Shown: positions 21,675 to 31,708, counted from the first letter of the whole stretch. The stretch is DNA of 63,364 nucleotides, filler included, from 3 parts of 3 records of this genome joined end to end with filler, not necessarily neighbours in it; one strand, 5' to 3'. The notes: a model not told the origin generated them from the letters alone. Numbers and translations are program-made.

Positions 21675-23486
21675 TTATGAACTTCTAGAGCGTTTTCTTT
21701 GATTTTCAGTCAACAACCTTTTGCGAATTCTAATATTATGAGGAGTAACTTCTACCAACTCATCATCATCAATAAACTCCAGGGCTTGCTCTAAGTCAAG
21801 ACTAATCTTGGGTGTCAAGGCAACTGCTTCATCGGTTCCAGATGCCCTCACATTAGTCAGCTGCTTACCTTTCATGACATTGATCACAAGGTCTTTATCG
21901 CGTGTGTTTATACCTACTACCATTCCTTCATAAATATCTTCTCCATGCCCTACAAAGAACTTTCCACTTTTCTGGAGGTTAAATATAGCATAAGCTACCG
22001 ATTTTCCCTGATTCATTGAAATAAGTGAGCCATTCGTTCTTTGACCAATTTTTCCATCTTTTTGAGGCCTATAAGAGTCAAATGATGAATACATCAATCC
22101 CGTTCCTGTTGTTGCAGTAAGGAATTCAGTCCTAAAACCTATAAGACCTCTAGCTGGAATAATAAAGTCAAGTTTTACTCGGCCTTTACCATCAGGAGTC
22201 ATATTGGTCAGTTCGGCCTTTCTTTCTCCAAGTTTTTCCATAACAGATCCCTGATGAACTGACTCAACATCTACCGTAAGGTCTTCAAAAGGTTCACAAA
22301 TTGTTCCATCAACCTCTTTGAGAATAACTTGAGGTCTTCCGACTGAAAGTTCAAAGCCCTCTCTTCTCATTGTTTCTATTAGAATAGAAAGATGCAACTC
22401 TCCTCTTCCTGATACTAAGAATTCAGAAGAATCCTGCGTATTTTCAACCCTAAGCGCAACATTATAAATCAGCTCTTTATCTAACCTTTCTCTGATATTT
22501 CTAGAGGTTATATACTTACCATCTAGGCCTGCGAAAGGGGAATCATTCACTCTAAAAGCCATACTTACTGTCGGCTCATCAACACTTAGAGGCGGCAAAG
22601 CCTCAACACTTGATGAATCACAAATAGTATCAGAAATAGATATGTTTTCAATTCCCACAATGCCAACAATATCCCCTGCATTCGCAGAATTGACTTCATG
22701 CCTATCTAAACCATTAAATCCTAACAATTGAACAATTTTTACGTTACGCTTGGATCCATCTGGCGCAATCAAGACATTCTGCATATTCTTTTTTGCAATA
22801 CCTCTTTCAATTCTTCCAATACCTATAGCTCCAACAAAAGAAGAATAATCTAATGACGTTATTTGCATTTGAAATGGGCCATTAATATCAACTTTTGGGG
22901 CTGGTGCTTTGTCAACAATTAATTCAAACATTGGAGTCATATCTCCTTCTCTAACACTATCATCTTCAGAAGCATATCCGCCAAGTGCTGAGGCATATAT
23001 AACTGGAAAATCTAACTGATCTTCAGTAGCACCAAGCTGATCAAAAAGCTCAAATACTTGATCAATAACCCAGTCTGGTCTTGAGCTATCTCTATCAATT
23101 TTATTAATCACTACTATAGGATTAAGGCCTTGCTCAAAAGCCTTTTTTGTAACAAATCTTGTTTGTGGCATTGGGCCGTCAGTAGCATCTACTAAAAGTA
23201 GAACGCTATCAACCATTGAGAGAACTCTCTCCACCTCACCACCAAAATCAGCATGTCCGGGAGTGTCAACAATATTAATTCTATAATCACCCCACTTAAT
23301 AGCGGTGTTCTTAGAGCTAATTGTAATTCCCCTTTCTTTTTCAAGATCATTTGAATCCATCATCCTGTCAGTCGCCTGAAAACGCTCATCAAAGGTTTGA
23401 GACTGTGAAAGTAATTTATCTACAAGCGTAGTCTTTCCATGGTCTACGTGAGCAATGATTGCAATATTTCTTAAATTGACTGCCAT
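21675..23486 (-). CDS. typA: Translational GTPase TypA/BipA
   Basis: [36 protein letters not shown]; start at MAVNLRN. Confidence 0.98.
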   Translation of the reverse strand: MAVNLRNIAIIAHVDHGKTTLVDKLLSQSQTFDERFQATDRMMDSNDLEKERGITISSKNTAIKWGDYRINIVDTPGHADFGGEVERVLSMVDSVLLLVDATDGPMPQTRFVTKKAFEQGLNPIVVINKIDRDSSRPDWVIDQVFELFDQLGATEDQLDFPVIYASALGGYASEDDSVREGDMTPMFELIVDKAPAPKVDINGPFQMQITSLDYSSFVGAIGIGRIERGIAKKNMQNVLIAPDGSKRNVKIVQLLGFNGLDRHEVNSANAGDIVGIVGIENISISDTICDSSSVEALPPLSVDEPTVSMAFRVNDSPFAGLDGKYITSRNIRERLDKELIYNVALRVENTQDSSEFLVSGRGELHLSILIETMRREGFELSVGRPQVILKEVDGTICEPFEDLTVDVESVHQGSVMEKLGERKAELTNMTPDGKGRVKLDFIIPARGLIGFRTEFLTATTGTGLMYSSFDSYRPQKDGKIGQRTNGSLISMNQGKSVAYAIFNLQKSGKFFVGHGEDIYEGMVVGINTRDKDLVINVMKGKQLTNVRASGTDEAVALTPKISLDLEQALEFIDDDELVEVTPHNIRIRKRLLTENQRKRSRSS

Positions 23487-23624
23487 AATATATTTTTTCA
23501 AAAAAATCGATGGCATATTATCCCGTAAAAATCAACCATACCCAACATAAATGAGAAATCAATTTAATTTAAGTTAAAGGACTTATCTTATAAAATAAAG
23601 TAATAATTACTAATTATTTTGACT

Positions 23625-24242
23625 GTGGCCAAAAAAGGGAGTTCTCGTCGCTGGATGCATGAACATTTAAGTGATGAGTTTGTAAAAAAAGCACAAAAAG
23701 AGGGTTATCGCTCTAGAGCTGTTTATAAACTTATTGAAATCGTTGAAAAAAAAGCAATTATTAGAAATGGTAATAAGGTCTTAGATCTTGGAGCTGCTCC
23801 GGGTGGCTGGTCTCAGGTTGCTGCAAAACTTGTTGGCTCTCAAGGCAAAGTTATTGCAAGTGATATATTGCCCATAGAATTAATTGATGGTGTAGATTTT
23901 CTTCAAGGGGACTTTACAGAACAGTCAGTTTATGATGACTTATTAGTTATGACTGATGGTGCTAAAGTAGATGTAGTTCTATCAGATATGGCGCCTAATA
24001 TGAGTGGACAATTATCAGTTGATCAACCCAAGTCAATGTACCTTGCTGAACTTGCAATTGAGATGGCCATAAAAACCTTAAATCCAGGTGGAAGTTTTGT
24101 TGTCAAAGTGTTTCAAGGTGACGGTTTTGATGTATTTGTTCAGAATGCTAAAAAAACATTTAAGAAAGTCTCTGTAATTAAACCAAAAGCTTCTCGACCT
24201 AGATCTAAAGAAGTATATTTATTAGCAAGTCAGTTAAAATAA
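23625..24242 (+). CDS. rlmE: 23S rRNA Um2552 methyltransferase RlmE/FtsJ
   Basis: [36 protein letters not shown] start assumed (TTG at 23619 also possible). Confidence 0.96.
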   Translation: MAKKGSSRRWMHEHLSDEFVKKAQKEGYRSRAVYKLIEIVEKKAIIRNGNKVLDLGAAPGGWSQVAAKLVGSQGKVIASDILPIELIDGVDFLQGDFTEQSVYDDLLVMTDGAKVDVVLSDMAPNMSGQLSVDQPKSMYLAELAIEMAIKTLNPGGSFVVKVFQGDGFDVFVQNAKKTFKKVSVIKPKASRPRSKEVYLLASQLK

Positions 24243-24248
24243 ATCTTT

Positions 24249-25220
24249 ATGCAAAACTTCGCTGAAATACAAGCGCTCATGAAGAGCGAACTTGAACTAA
24301 TGGATAAGATTTTAGTCAATCGGCTAGATACAAATGTTGACCTCATTAGTCAGATGAGTCATTACATAATAAATTCAGGCGGAAAACGCATACGGCCCTT
24401 GCTACTTCTTTTGTGTGCTAAAGCCACAGATTATGATGGAGATTATCATTACTCGATGGCAGTGGTGATTGAGCTTATTCATACTGCAACTCTTCTCCAT
24501 GACGATGTAGTTGACCAATCATCAACGCGTCGTGGTCAAGAGACTGCAAATGAGTTATGGGGAAATGCACCCAGCGTTCTTGTAGGAGACTTTCTTTATT
24601 CAAGAGCCTTTGAAATAATGGTTGAACCAAACTCAATGGCAATTATGAAAATCTTATCAAAAGCCACCAATCAGATTTCTGAGGGAGAGGTTTTACAATT
24701 ATTAAATATAAAAAATGCAAAAGTTACTCAATCTGAATACTTTCAAGTCATTGAAAGAAAGACAGCATGCTTATTCAAGGCTGCTTGCCAGATAGCTGGG
24801 ATTTTATCCGGTTCAAATCAAAATATCATTGAGGCACTTGGAAGTTTTGGAATGCATCTTGGTAATGCTTTTCAAGTTATTGATGACACGTTAGATTACG
24901 AATCTAACGCACTAATCATTGGAAAAGAAATTGGGGATGACTTATCCGAAGGCAAGGTGACATTGCCGATGATTTACGCTTTAGAGAAAACTAGCGGTTC
25001 TAAAAATAAAATACTCTCCAATGCAATAAAACAAGCTGACTCATCTAATATTGAAAGTATTGTTGAGATTCTTTTAAATATGGACGCATTTAATTACAGT
25101 CGAAATATAGCCAGAGAGCAGTCAGCTAAAGCAATAGAATCCCTAGACCTAATACCAAGCTCAGAATATAAATCTGCTTTAAGATTGCTTTGTGAACTCT
25201 CTCTTGAAAGGAATTCATAG
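24249..25220 (+). CDS. ispB: Octaprenyl/polyprenyl diphosphate synthase
   Basis: GGKRIRP, LLHDDVVD, FQVIDD, GDDLSEGK. Confidence 0.92.
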   Translation: MQNFAEIQALMKSELELMDKILVNRLDTNVDLISQMSHYIINSGGKRIRPLLLLLCAKATDYDGDYHYSMAVVIELIHTATLLHDDVVDQSSTRRGQETANELWGNAPSVLVGDFLYSRAFEIMVEPNSMAIMKILSKATNQISEGEVLQLLNIKNAKVTQSEYFQVIERKTACLFKAACQIAGILSGSNQNIIEALGSFGMHLGNAFQVIDDTLDYESNALIIGKEIGDDLSEGKVTLPMIYALEKTSGSKNKILSNAIKQADSSNIESIVEILLNMDAFNYSRNIAREQSAKAIESLDLIPSSEYKSALRLLCELSLERNS

Positions 25221-25228
25221 CTCAATTA

Positions 25229-27286
25229 ATGCTGACTCCAAAACTTAAACAGCAGATTCGAACCTCTTTTGATGGGGCTAAAACTCAATTGAGTAATTAT
25301 AGTAATCGATCATCTCAGAATAAAATGATTGCTGAAATTTCAAAAACCTTGATGGGTGAATACCCCAATATGAATCCAATTATCTGCGTTGAAGCGCCTA
25401 CTGGAACTGGAAAAACGATGGCTTATCTTGTCAGCTGTTTACCGATTGCCAAAACGCTTAAAAAGACACTAATTATTGCGTCAGCAAATGTTGCTCTTCA
25501 AGAACAAATACTTAACAAAGACATTGTTGAGGCAAAAAAATACTCTTCTGTAGATTTCGAATATGCTTTGGCAAAAGGCAGATCTAGATATGTTTGCATC
25601 AGAAATTTAATCAATCTTACAGAAGAAAATTCAAACTCTCCTGATGTGTTTGAGGATGCGCTACTTTGGGATGGAAAACCAACTAAAAGTGATTTAGACG
25701 AACTTTCAGAGATGGCTGATAGTTATTCATCAAACAGATGGAGTGGGGAGATTGATGATTTGGAGAGTCCTCCAGATAATAGCCTTTGGCAAAAAGTTGC
25801 TTGCAATAGGTTTACATGCAATTCAAAGAATTGTGAGTTTTATAATGATTGCTCTTTTTTTAAAGCTAGAAAAAAGGCATCCCATTCTGATGTAATTATT
25901 GCAAATCATGATCTTGTCCTCGCTGATATCATCAATGGCAATAATGTTCTTCCAGATGTCGAAGATTGTGTCTTTGTGTTTGATGAGGCTCACCATTTAT
26001 CCCAAAAAGCTCTATCTCATTTTTCAGAAGGTGGAAGTACTGAATTTATGAAGACCTCGATTCGACAATGCCATAGTGCTATAGATCAAATTATTAAAAT
26101 CTCAAAATCCAAATCTTCCAATAATTATATTGAGAAGGTTGATACTGCTTTAAATGAACTCTCTGATTTACTATCTGATCTAGATTACTCTGATGACGTG
26201 TCTCTATTTCCTATAACTGGGATACCCAATGAAATCGTCAATCAAACCAAACAGATATTCATTCTATTCAACTCTGCCTATAATGATTTTTATGAGCATA
26301 AAGAGCAATGGGAGGAATATACCAAAGCCAACAAAATAGAACAAACGACTACTGATAACTTAAATAACATTATTGGTCAAAACAATCAGAATTTATCCTC
26401 CATTCTGTCTCTTCTCAGTACATTTAATCGTATGCCCGATAAAGATAAACCACCTTCAAGTAATTGGATCAGCCGTTCTCGACTTGCAAACAGGAAAAAT
26501 AATTATCAACTAAATTCTGCAAAAATAGATGTCTCAAGCTCACTCGATCAGATGATATGGTCTAAGGCAGCTGGAGTGGTTCTGACATCTGCCACTTTAA
26601 CAGCACTTGGCAGCTTTAATAGACTCAATCAGCAGCTTGGATTAGACGCTTCTAAAAATCAATACCTTAGGCTTGCATCACCTTTTAACCATAATTCAGT
26701 AGAGTTTAAAATTGCTAAGATTGAAGCAAGTCCAACAAATTCATTTGATCATACTGAAGAGGTTGCACTCGCACTAAAAAATCGAATCGATACTGAATCT
26801 GCAACTCTAGTTTTGTTTGCCTCAAATAGTCAAATGCAAAGTGTCGCCGATATAATCGAAAAATCAATTGATTGTGAGCTACTAATACAAGGCGAATATA
26901 GTAAAAAAAATATCTTAGAAAGGCATATAGAAAATAGAAAAAAAGGCAAAGGAAGTATTATTTTTGGATTAGATAGCTTTGCTGAAGGGGTTGATCTTAA
27001 AGGTGACTACTTAAACCATGTATTTATAGCTAAACTTAGATTTAGCGTCCCAACCTCACCCATTGAAATGACTACCCAGTCTTATCTAGAATCTCTGAAT
27101 CGAAACTCATTTATGGAAATATCTCTTCCAGATGCATCCTTGAGGCTGATTCAGGCTTGTGGAAGACTGATTAGAACTGAGACTGATAAGGGAACAATTA
27201 CTATTTTTGATAATAGATTGATCCAGAAATTTTACGGAAAACTACTGCTTAAGGCACTTCCTGATTTTAAAATCATTGTTGAGTGA
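25229..27286 (+). CDS. dinG: ATP-dependent DNA helicase DinG
   Basis: EAPTGTGKT, KGRSRYVC, Fe-S cysteines, DEAHH, TSATL, QACGRLIR. Confidence 0.93.
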   Translation: MLTPKLKQQIRTSFDGAKTQLSNYSNRSSQNKMIAEISKTLMGEYPNMNPIICVEAPTGTGKTMAYLVSCLPIAKTLKKTLIIASANVALQEQILNKDIVEAKKYSSVDFEYALAKGRSRYVCIRNLINLTEENSNSPDVFEDALLWDGKPTKSDLDELSEMADSYSSNRWSGEIDDLESPPDNSLWQKVACNRFTCNSKNCEFYNDCSFFKARKKASHSDVIIANHDLVLADIINGNNVLPDVEDCVFVFDEAHHLSQKALSHFSEGGSTEFMKTSIRQCHSAIDQIIKISKSKSSNNYIEKVDTALNELSDLLSDLDYSDDVSLFPITGIPNEIVNQTKQIFILFNSAYNDFYEHKEQWEEYTKANKIEQTTTDNLNNIIGQNNQNLSSILSLLSTFNRMPDKDKPPSSNWISRSRLANRKNNYQLNSAKIDVSSSLDQMIWSKAAGVVLTSATLTALGSFNRLNQQLGLDASKNQYLRLASPFNHNSVEFKIAKIEASPTNSFDHTEEVALALKNRIDTESATLVLFASNSQMQSVADIIEKSIDCELLIQGEYSKKNILERHIENRKKGKGSIIFGLDSFAEGVDLKGDYLNHVFIAKLRFSVPTSPIEMTTQSYLESLNRNSFMEISLPDASLRLIQACGRLIRTETDKGTITIFDNRLIQKFYGKLLLKALPDFKIIVE

Positions 27287-27296
27287 GTTGACTTTT

Positions 27297-27896
27297 CTAT
27301 AGGTTACTTACATTTTTTGATAAATATTCTGCAATACCATCTGCATTTTCTTTGATTCCTTCATCACCCTTGTTCCATCCAGCTGGACATACTTCTCCAT
27401 TTTCAGTATGAAAATCAAGTGCATCGACCATTCTGAGCATTTCATCTACATTCCTACCTAATGGATGATCATTAACTACTTGATGACGAACAACAAAATT
27501 CTCATCTATTAAAAAAGATGCTCTTAATGCTGTTCCTTCAGGGTGTTCAATTCCATATGAGCTCATAATTGAATGATTCATATCTGAAACTAGTGGAAAG
27601 TCTATTGCTCCTATTCCACCATCATTAATGTTAGTATTTCGCCAAGCGTTATGAGTATGTTTAGAATCTATTGAGACTCCAATAAGCATTGTTTCTCTCT
27701 CAGCAAAAGCTTTGACTCTTTTGTGATGGGCCAAAATCTCAGAAGGACAAACAAATGTAAAGTCTAGTGGGTAGAAAAAAAGTACTATTTTTTGACCTTT
27801 AAATTTTGATAGTTGAAAATCTTCAACAATACTTCCATCTGCAAGAATAGCGGATGAACTAAAATCTGGTGCTTCTTTAGTAACCAATACGCTCAA
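27297..27896 (-). CDS. ahpC: 2-Cys peroxiredoxin (AhpC/TSA)
   Basis: FYPLDFTFVCPSE and EVCPAGW; TTG start with AGGAGAG RBS. Confidence 0.92.
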   Translation of the reverse strand: MSVLVTKEAPDFSSSAILADGSIVEDFQLSKFKGQKIVLFFYPLDFTFVCPSEILAHHKRVKAFAERETMLIGVSIDSKHTHNAWRNTNINDGGIGAIDFPLVSDMNHSIMSSYGIEHPEGTALRASFLIDENFVVRHQVVNDHPLGRNVDEMLRMVDALDFHTENGEVCPAGWNKGDEGIKENADGIAEYLSKNVSNL

Positions 27897-28101
27897 AGTA
27901 CTCTCCTATTTAATGTTCTCGAGCTTTTGTAGTAAGATGCTAATTCTTTATTGAAGTCATTTTTTACTTAATCTAAAATAATTTGTCCAATAATTGTCAT
28001 TGGAATACCGTACTGTCTCATCGATATAAAGTTCAAACGATTCGTTTTTTTTAGTAAATATATTTTGTAGCTATACCAAAGATTCATAATTAATTTTTTA
28101 T

Positions 28102-28136
28102 AAAAAAAGCCCTATGGAAGGAGGAAGACATAGGGC
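28102..28136 (-). terminator. Intrinsic terminator with a CU-rich loop
   Basis: Minus strand GCCCTATG-TCTTCCTCCTTC-CATAGGGC-TTTTTTT. Confidence 0.8.
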
Positions 28137-28342
28137 CAATTAATTACAAATAGAGCTACTAAAGGAAGTAAATAACTTTTATAGGTAATTAAAATATCAC
28201 TTATTTAAAATCTCCTTTGATATTTTGTTTCATCATAGTTCGGAGGGCTATTATGAAACAGTTGAAATGATTAAAAAAAACATCAGATTGAGGAAGTCAG
28301 TTTTGTTAATAATCATTTCAAACTTTCTTAATTTCTTATTAA
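28102..28342 (-). ncRNA. Putative Fur-repressed small RNA of about 240 nt with five tandem hairpins
   Basis: Promoter and Fur box at the 5' end, five consecutive inverted repeats, U-tract terminator at the 3' end, no long ORF; ends are inferred. Confidence 0.62.
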
Positions 28343-28367
28343 ATGATAATGATACTCATTATCATTT
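28341..28367. promoter_or_regulatory. Fur box
   Basis: GATAATGATACTCATTATC (28345-28363) matches the consensus GATAATGATAATCATTATC at 18/19; it sits within a perfect 12-bp inverted repeat AAATGATAATGA-TAC-TCATTATCATTT. Confidence 0.9.
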
Positions 28368-28377
28368 GTGTTTGCAA
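28349..28377 (-). promoter_or_regulatory. Sigma70-type promoter overlapped by the Fur box
   Basis: Minus strand TTGCAA (28377-28372), 17-nt spacer, TATCAT (28354-28349). Confidence 0.65.
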
Positions 28378-28474
28378 CCTTTTTTTAAAAAAAATTAATA
28401 ATTTTTATTGAAGTCAATAAATACGGGCAAGATAACCTAAAATAGTTGTAATGAATCTATTAACACTGACCTAA

Positions 28475-29611
28475 ATGCAGTCTAATAATCGAACTAAAGC
28501 TAGCCAAAAAGTAACAATTGTTGGAGCATTGATTGATTTCTTACTCTCAATCATCAAAATCATTTTGGGCTTCATCGGTCAATCTGGTGCTTTAATTGCT
28601 GATGGAGTCCATTCATTCTCTGACTTGCTAACTGACTGGGTCACCTGGTATGCTGCTAAGCTTTCTGGGGACGCACCGGATGCAGACCACCCTTATGGGC
28701 ATGAAAGGTTTGAAACTGTTGCCACCTTAGGTTTAAGTATTTTTCTTGCAATTGTAGGAACTATTATTATCTTTGAGGGTTTTGGTCGATTCTCAAATCC
28801 CAGTGAACTTAGACATGAAAACTGGCTTATAGCCGCTGCTGCATTGTCTGTACTTAGTAAGGAGGCACTTTACTGGTATACAGTAAAGGTTGCCAGAGAT
28901 ATTAATTCAGACCTACTTAAAGCAAATGCTTGGCACCATCGAACTGATGCCTTTTCCTCAATTGTGGTGGTTATTGGAATAATAGGCGCTGCAAATGGTT
29001 ATTTTTTCCTTGATAGTGTTGCTGCAATTATAGTTGGAATCTTAATTATTTATATTGGATGGCAACTAGGATTTGAGGCGACCAAGGAGTTAGTTGATAC
29101 ATCTATTGATCAAGAGGATATAAAAGCACTTCGTGTTGCCCTATCAGAAATCAAAGGTGTTAACAGTGTTCACACACTTAGGACAAGAAAAGTTGGCCAT
29201 AAAAAGTCTGCAGATGTTCACGTACAAGTTAACCCGTTTTTGTCTGTGAGTGAAGGTCACATTATCAGTGTTAGTGTTGAAAGAGTTGCAAAGGAGTGTA
29301 TCGAAGAGCTCGATGATGTTACCGTCCATATAGATCCTGAAAATGATGAGGAAAAAGAAGATGCCCCATATAAAGACCTTCCAGAGCGAGCCCAAGCTTT
29401 AAAGATTATTAGTCAATCTTTAAAGCTTGAAAATGTTAATTACAACATTGAAAAAACTCAATTGCACTACCTTGAGGGGGAGATACTAGTAGATTTTTTC
29501 TTGTCAGCTGATTATCTTAAAAATCAAGAGTTAAATAATATTAAATCTGAACTCAGTGCAGCCTTAGAAAAACTTCCAGATTTTGGCGAGGTAAAAGTCT
29601 ACTTTAGTTGA
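28475..29611 (+). CDS. Cation diffusion facilitator (FieF-like metal efflux)
   Basis: ADGVHSFSD, HPYGHERFE, AWHHRTD, VHIDP; extended C-terminal domain. Confidence 0.92.
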   Translation: MQSNNRTKASQKVTIVGALIDFLLSIIKIILGFIGQSGALIADGVHSFSDLLTDWVTWYAAKLSGDAPDADHPYGHERFETVATLGLSIFLAIVGTIIIFEGFGRFSNPSELRHENWLIAAAALSVLSKEALYWYTVKVARDINSDLLKANAWHHRTDAFSSIVVVIGIIGAANGYFFLDSVAAIIVGILIIYIGWQLGFEATKELVDTSIDQEDIKALRVALSEIKGVNSVHTLRTRKVGHKKSADVHVQVNPFLSVSEGHIISVSVERVAKECIEELDDVTVHIDPENDEEKEDAPYKDLPERAQALKIISQSLKLENVNYNIEKTQLHYLEGEILVDFFLSADYLKNQELNNIKSELSAALEKLPDFGEVKVYFS

Positions 29612-29613
29612 CT

Positions 29614-30084
29614 TTAAAGTGCATGATAAGCATGACAAATAGCTCCCGCAAGAGCATCGCCAGCATCAGCTTGAGGAGCCTTGTTAAGCTTCAAAAGCTG
29701 CTGAACCATAAATGAAACTTGCTCTTTTGATGCATGCCCTCTTCCTACAACTGACTTTTTAATTTGGTTTGCTGTGTAATCAACAATTGGAATCCCTTTG
29801 CCGCCTGCAGCTGAAATGATTGCCCCTCGAGCATGCCCCAACTTAATTGCAGCATCTGGATTGGGTCTATCTGGTCTCATGAATACCCTCTCGACAGCAA
29901 CGATATCTACTTCGTGGTTAGTGATGATTTCTTTGATGCCTTCATAGATCGTAATAATTCTCTCATTTAAATCACCTTGGGTTCTTATGCATCCACTATT
30001 AATGTATGAAAACTTTAGTTTATTAGCCTCTATTAAGCCGAAACCAGTAATTCTTGAGCCAGGATCTATACCGAGTATTTTCAT
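29614..30084 (-). CDS. ruvC: Holliday junction resolvase RuvC
   Basis: ILGIDPGSRITGFG, LGHARG, DAGDALA. Confidence 0.96.
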   Translation of the reverse strand: MKILGIDPGSRITGFGLIEANKLKFSYINSGCIRTQGDLNERIITIYEGIKEIITNHEVDIVAVERVFMRPDRPNPDAAIKLGHARGAIISAAGGKGIPIVDYTANQIKKSVVGRGHASKEQVSFMVQQLLKLNKAPQADAGDALAGAICHAYHAL

Positions 30085-30171
30085 GAAGCTATTCTATCAG
30101 CTAAGTAAAAACAAGCCAGTATTTTAGTAAAAAAGTTATAATGCACTTTAATTTTTTATGAGAAAAGCTTT

Positions 30172-30268
30172 ATGTCAGTCGTTGAACTTACTCAATCAAA
30201 CTTTGATGAGACCATTAGTAATAATGAAATAGTGATTATTGATTTTTGGGCGCCTTGGTGTGGACCTT
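30172..30268 (+). CDS. Thioredoxin, N-terminal fragment (truncated at contig end)
   Basis: My translation: MSVVELTQSNFDETISNNEIVIIDFWAPWCGP. Confidence 0.9.
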
Positions 30269-30368
30269 NNNNNNNNNNNNNNNNNNNNNNNNNNNNNNNN
30301 NNNNNNNNNNNNTTAATTAATTAANNNNNNNNNNNNNNNNNNNNNNNNNNNNNNNNNNNNNNNNNNNN
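30269..30368. other. Artificial contig-joining spacer
   Basis: N-run, TTAATTAATTAA (stop codons in all six frames), N-run. Confidence 0.98.
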
Positions 30369-30728
30369 TACAATAAACCAGACTCTGCCATCCCTCCTAT
30401 GTCTGAAGTAGCTATTCTACTGAGTTTGTATCAATAATCAACAATTAATTAAGTTGTGAAGATATGACTTAGATAATAAGCATAGAGACAATAAAGGGGA
30501 ATATTGCCTCTATGAAATTTCAATCTATCGAGGAATTGACTGAACAAAAATAATATAATTATTCAAAGCGACAATAATGTGAAATACAGGTTATATATTG
30601 TAAGATTTTTGAAACAAAATATTAGCACCACAACTTTTTTATGGTTAATTATTTCTATCTTGGTGCCTTTGCCCTACTCACTGTATTTAGAATTTTTAAT
30701 ATTAGCGAACTAGGTTTAGAATGAAGTC

Positions 30729-31511
30729 ATGAATAAATATATAAGATTATTAGCATTAGTACCTATTTTTTGTTTTAGTTCGTCTGGGTATACACATGAT
30801 TTAGAAGCTGCAATAGCTAGTAATGAAAGAACCACTAGCTATGCCTCAAGAGATGAATATAGAAATCCCTATAAAACCTTAACTTTTTTTGAAATTAAAT
30901 CAGATATGAAGGTCGTTGAGCTCTCACCTGGTGGAGGCTGGTATACAGAAATTCTTGCTAATTACCTCCACGAACCTGGTGCTCTAATAGCTGCGCATTT
31001 TGATAAAAATACAGATAGAGCTTATTATAAAAATAGCAGACTAGCATACGAAAAGAAAATTGCAGGAAAATCAATGTATGAAAATGTTTCTGTGGTTGAT
31101 TTAAGCTCTGATCTTGCTCCCGAAGGAAGTGTTGACGCGGTTCTTACATTTAGAAACCTTCATAACTGGCTCGGGTCACAAATGGATCTAATTTTTGCTA
31201 ATAGCTACAAAGCGCTTAAACCTGGAGGTATATTTGGGGTTGTTGAGCACAGGGCTAGCCCAGGAACTTCAATGAATACTATGAAAAAGAGTGGCTATGT
31301 TACAGAAGAACATGCAATTATGGTTGCGAAAAAACATGGCTTCACTTTAGTTGCAAAATCAGAAATTAATTCAAACAGTAAAGACATCAAAGATTATCCT
31401 AAAGGTGTATGGACTCTTCCACCAAATCTTAGGCTTAAAGATGTTGATAGAGAAAAATATATTAATATTGGTGAGAGCGATAGGATGACTTTGTTATTTA
31501 AAAAACTTTAA
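30729..31511 (+). CDS. Exported class I methyltransferase-fold protein (COG4798-like)
   Basis: Signal peptide, RDEYRNP, VELSPGGGWYT, TFRNLHNW, GESDRMTL. Confidence 0.82.
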   Translation: MNKYIRLLALVPIFCFSSSGYTHDLEAAIASNERTTSYASRDEYRNPYKTLTFFEIKSDMKVVELSPGGGWYTEILANYLHEPGALIAAHFDKNTDRAYYKNSRLAYEKKIAGKSMYENVSVVDLSSDLAPEGSVDAVLTFRNLHNWLGSQMDLIFANSYKALKPGGIFGVVEHRASPGTSMNTMKKSGYVTEEHAIMVAKKHGFTLVAKSEINSNSKDIKDYPKGVWTLPPNLRLKDVDREKYINIGESDRMTLLFKKL

Positions 31512-31527
31512 TTATTAAGCCTGTTAT

Positions 31528-31686
31528 TTAAAATGAGCATTGCACTTCTTCTAAAAAGTTAGTTTTAAGTCTTAATAGCTGCCCAGGATCCTTTCTATTA
31601 GGATATCTAGGATAAACCCATAAATCAGTATCTTGATCAACAGAATTCGTTAATTGATTATATATATCTAAACTAACAAGTTTAGC
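31528..31686 (-). pseudogene. Possible gene remnant (open frame without an ATG)
   Basis: 52 open codons AKLVSLDIYNQ...WVYPRYPNRKDPGQLL...VQCSF*, preceded by a TAG stop. Confidence 0.25.
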
Positions 31687-31708
31687 CTATAAATTGCTAA
31701 GCTTATTT

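Noticed and set aside
27968-28087. 39-codon minus-strand ORF (MNLWYSYKIYLL...) downstream of the putative sRNA
   Set aside because: No RBS, no recognisable motif, and a length expected by chance; it probably overlaps the ahpC promoter
30313-30324. TTAATTAATTAA repeated at 30313 and 55547 as a biological repeat or att site
   Set aside because: It is flanked by N-runs and is an assembly linker with stops in all frames
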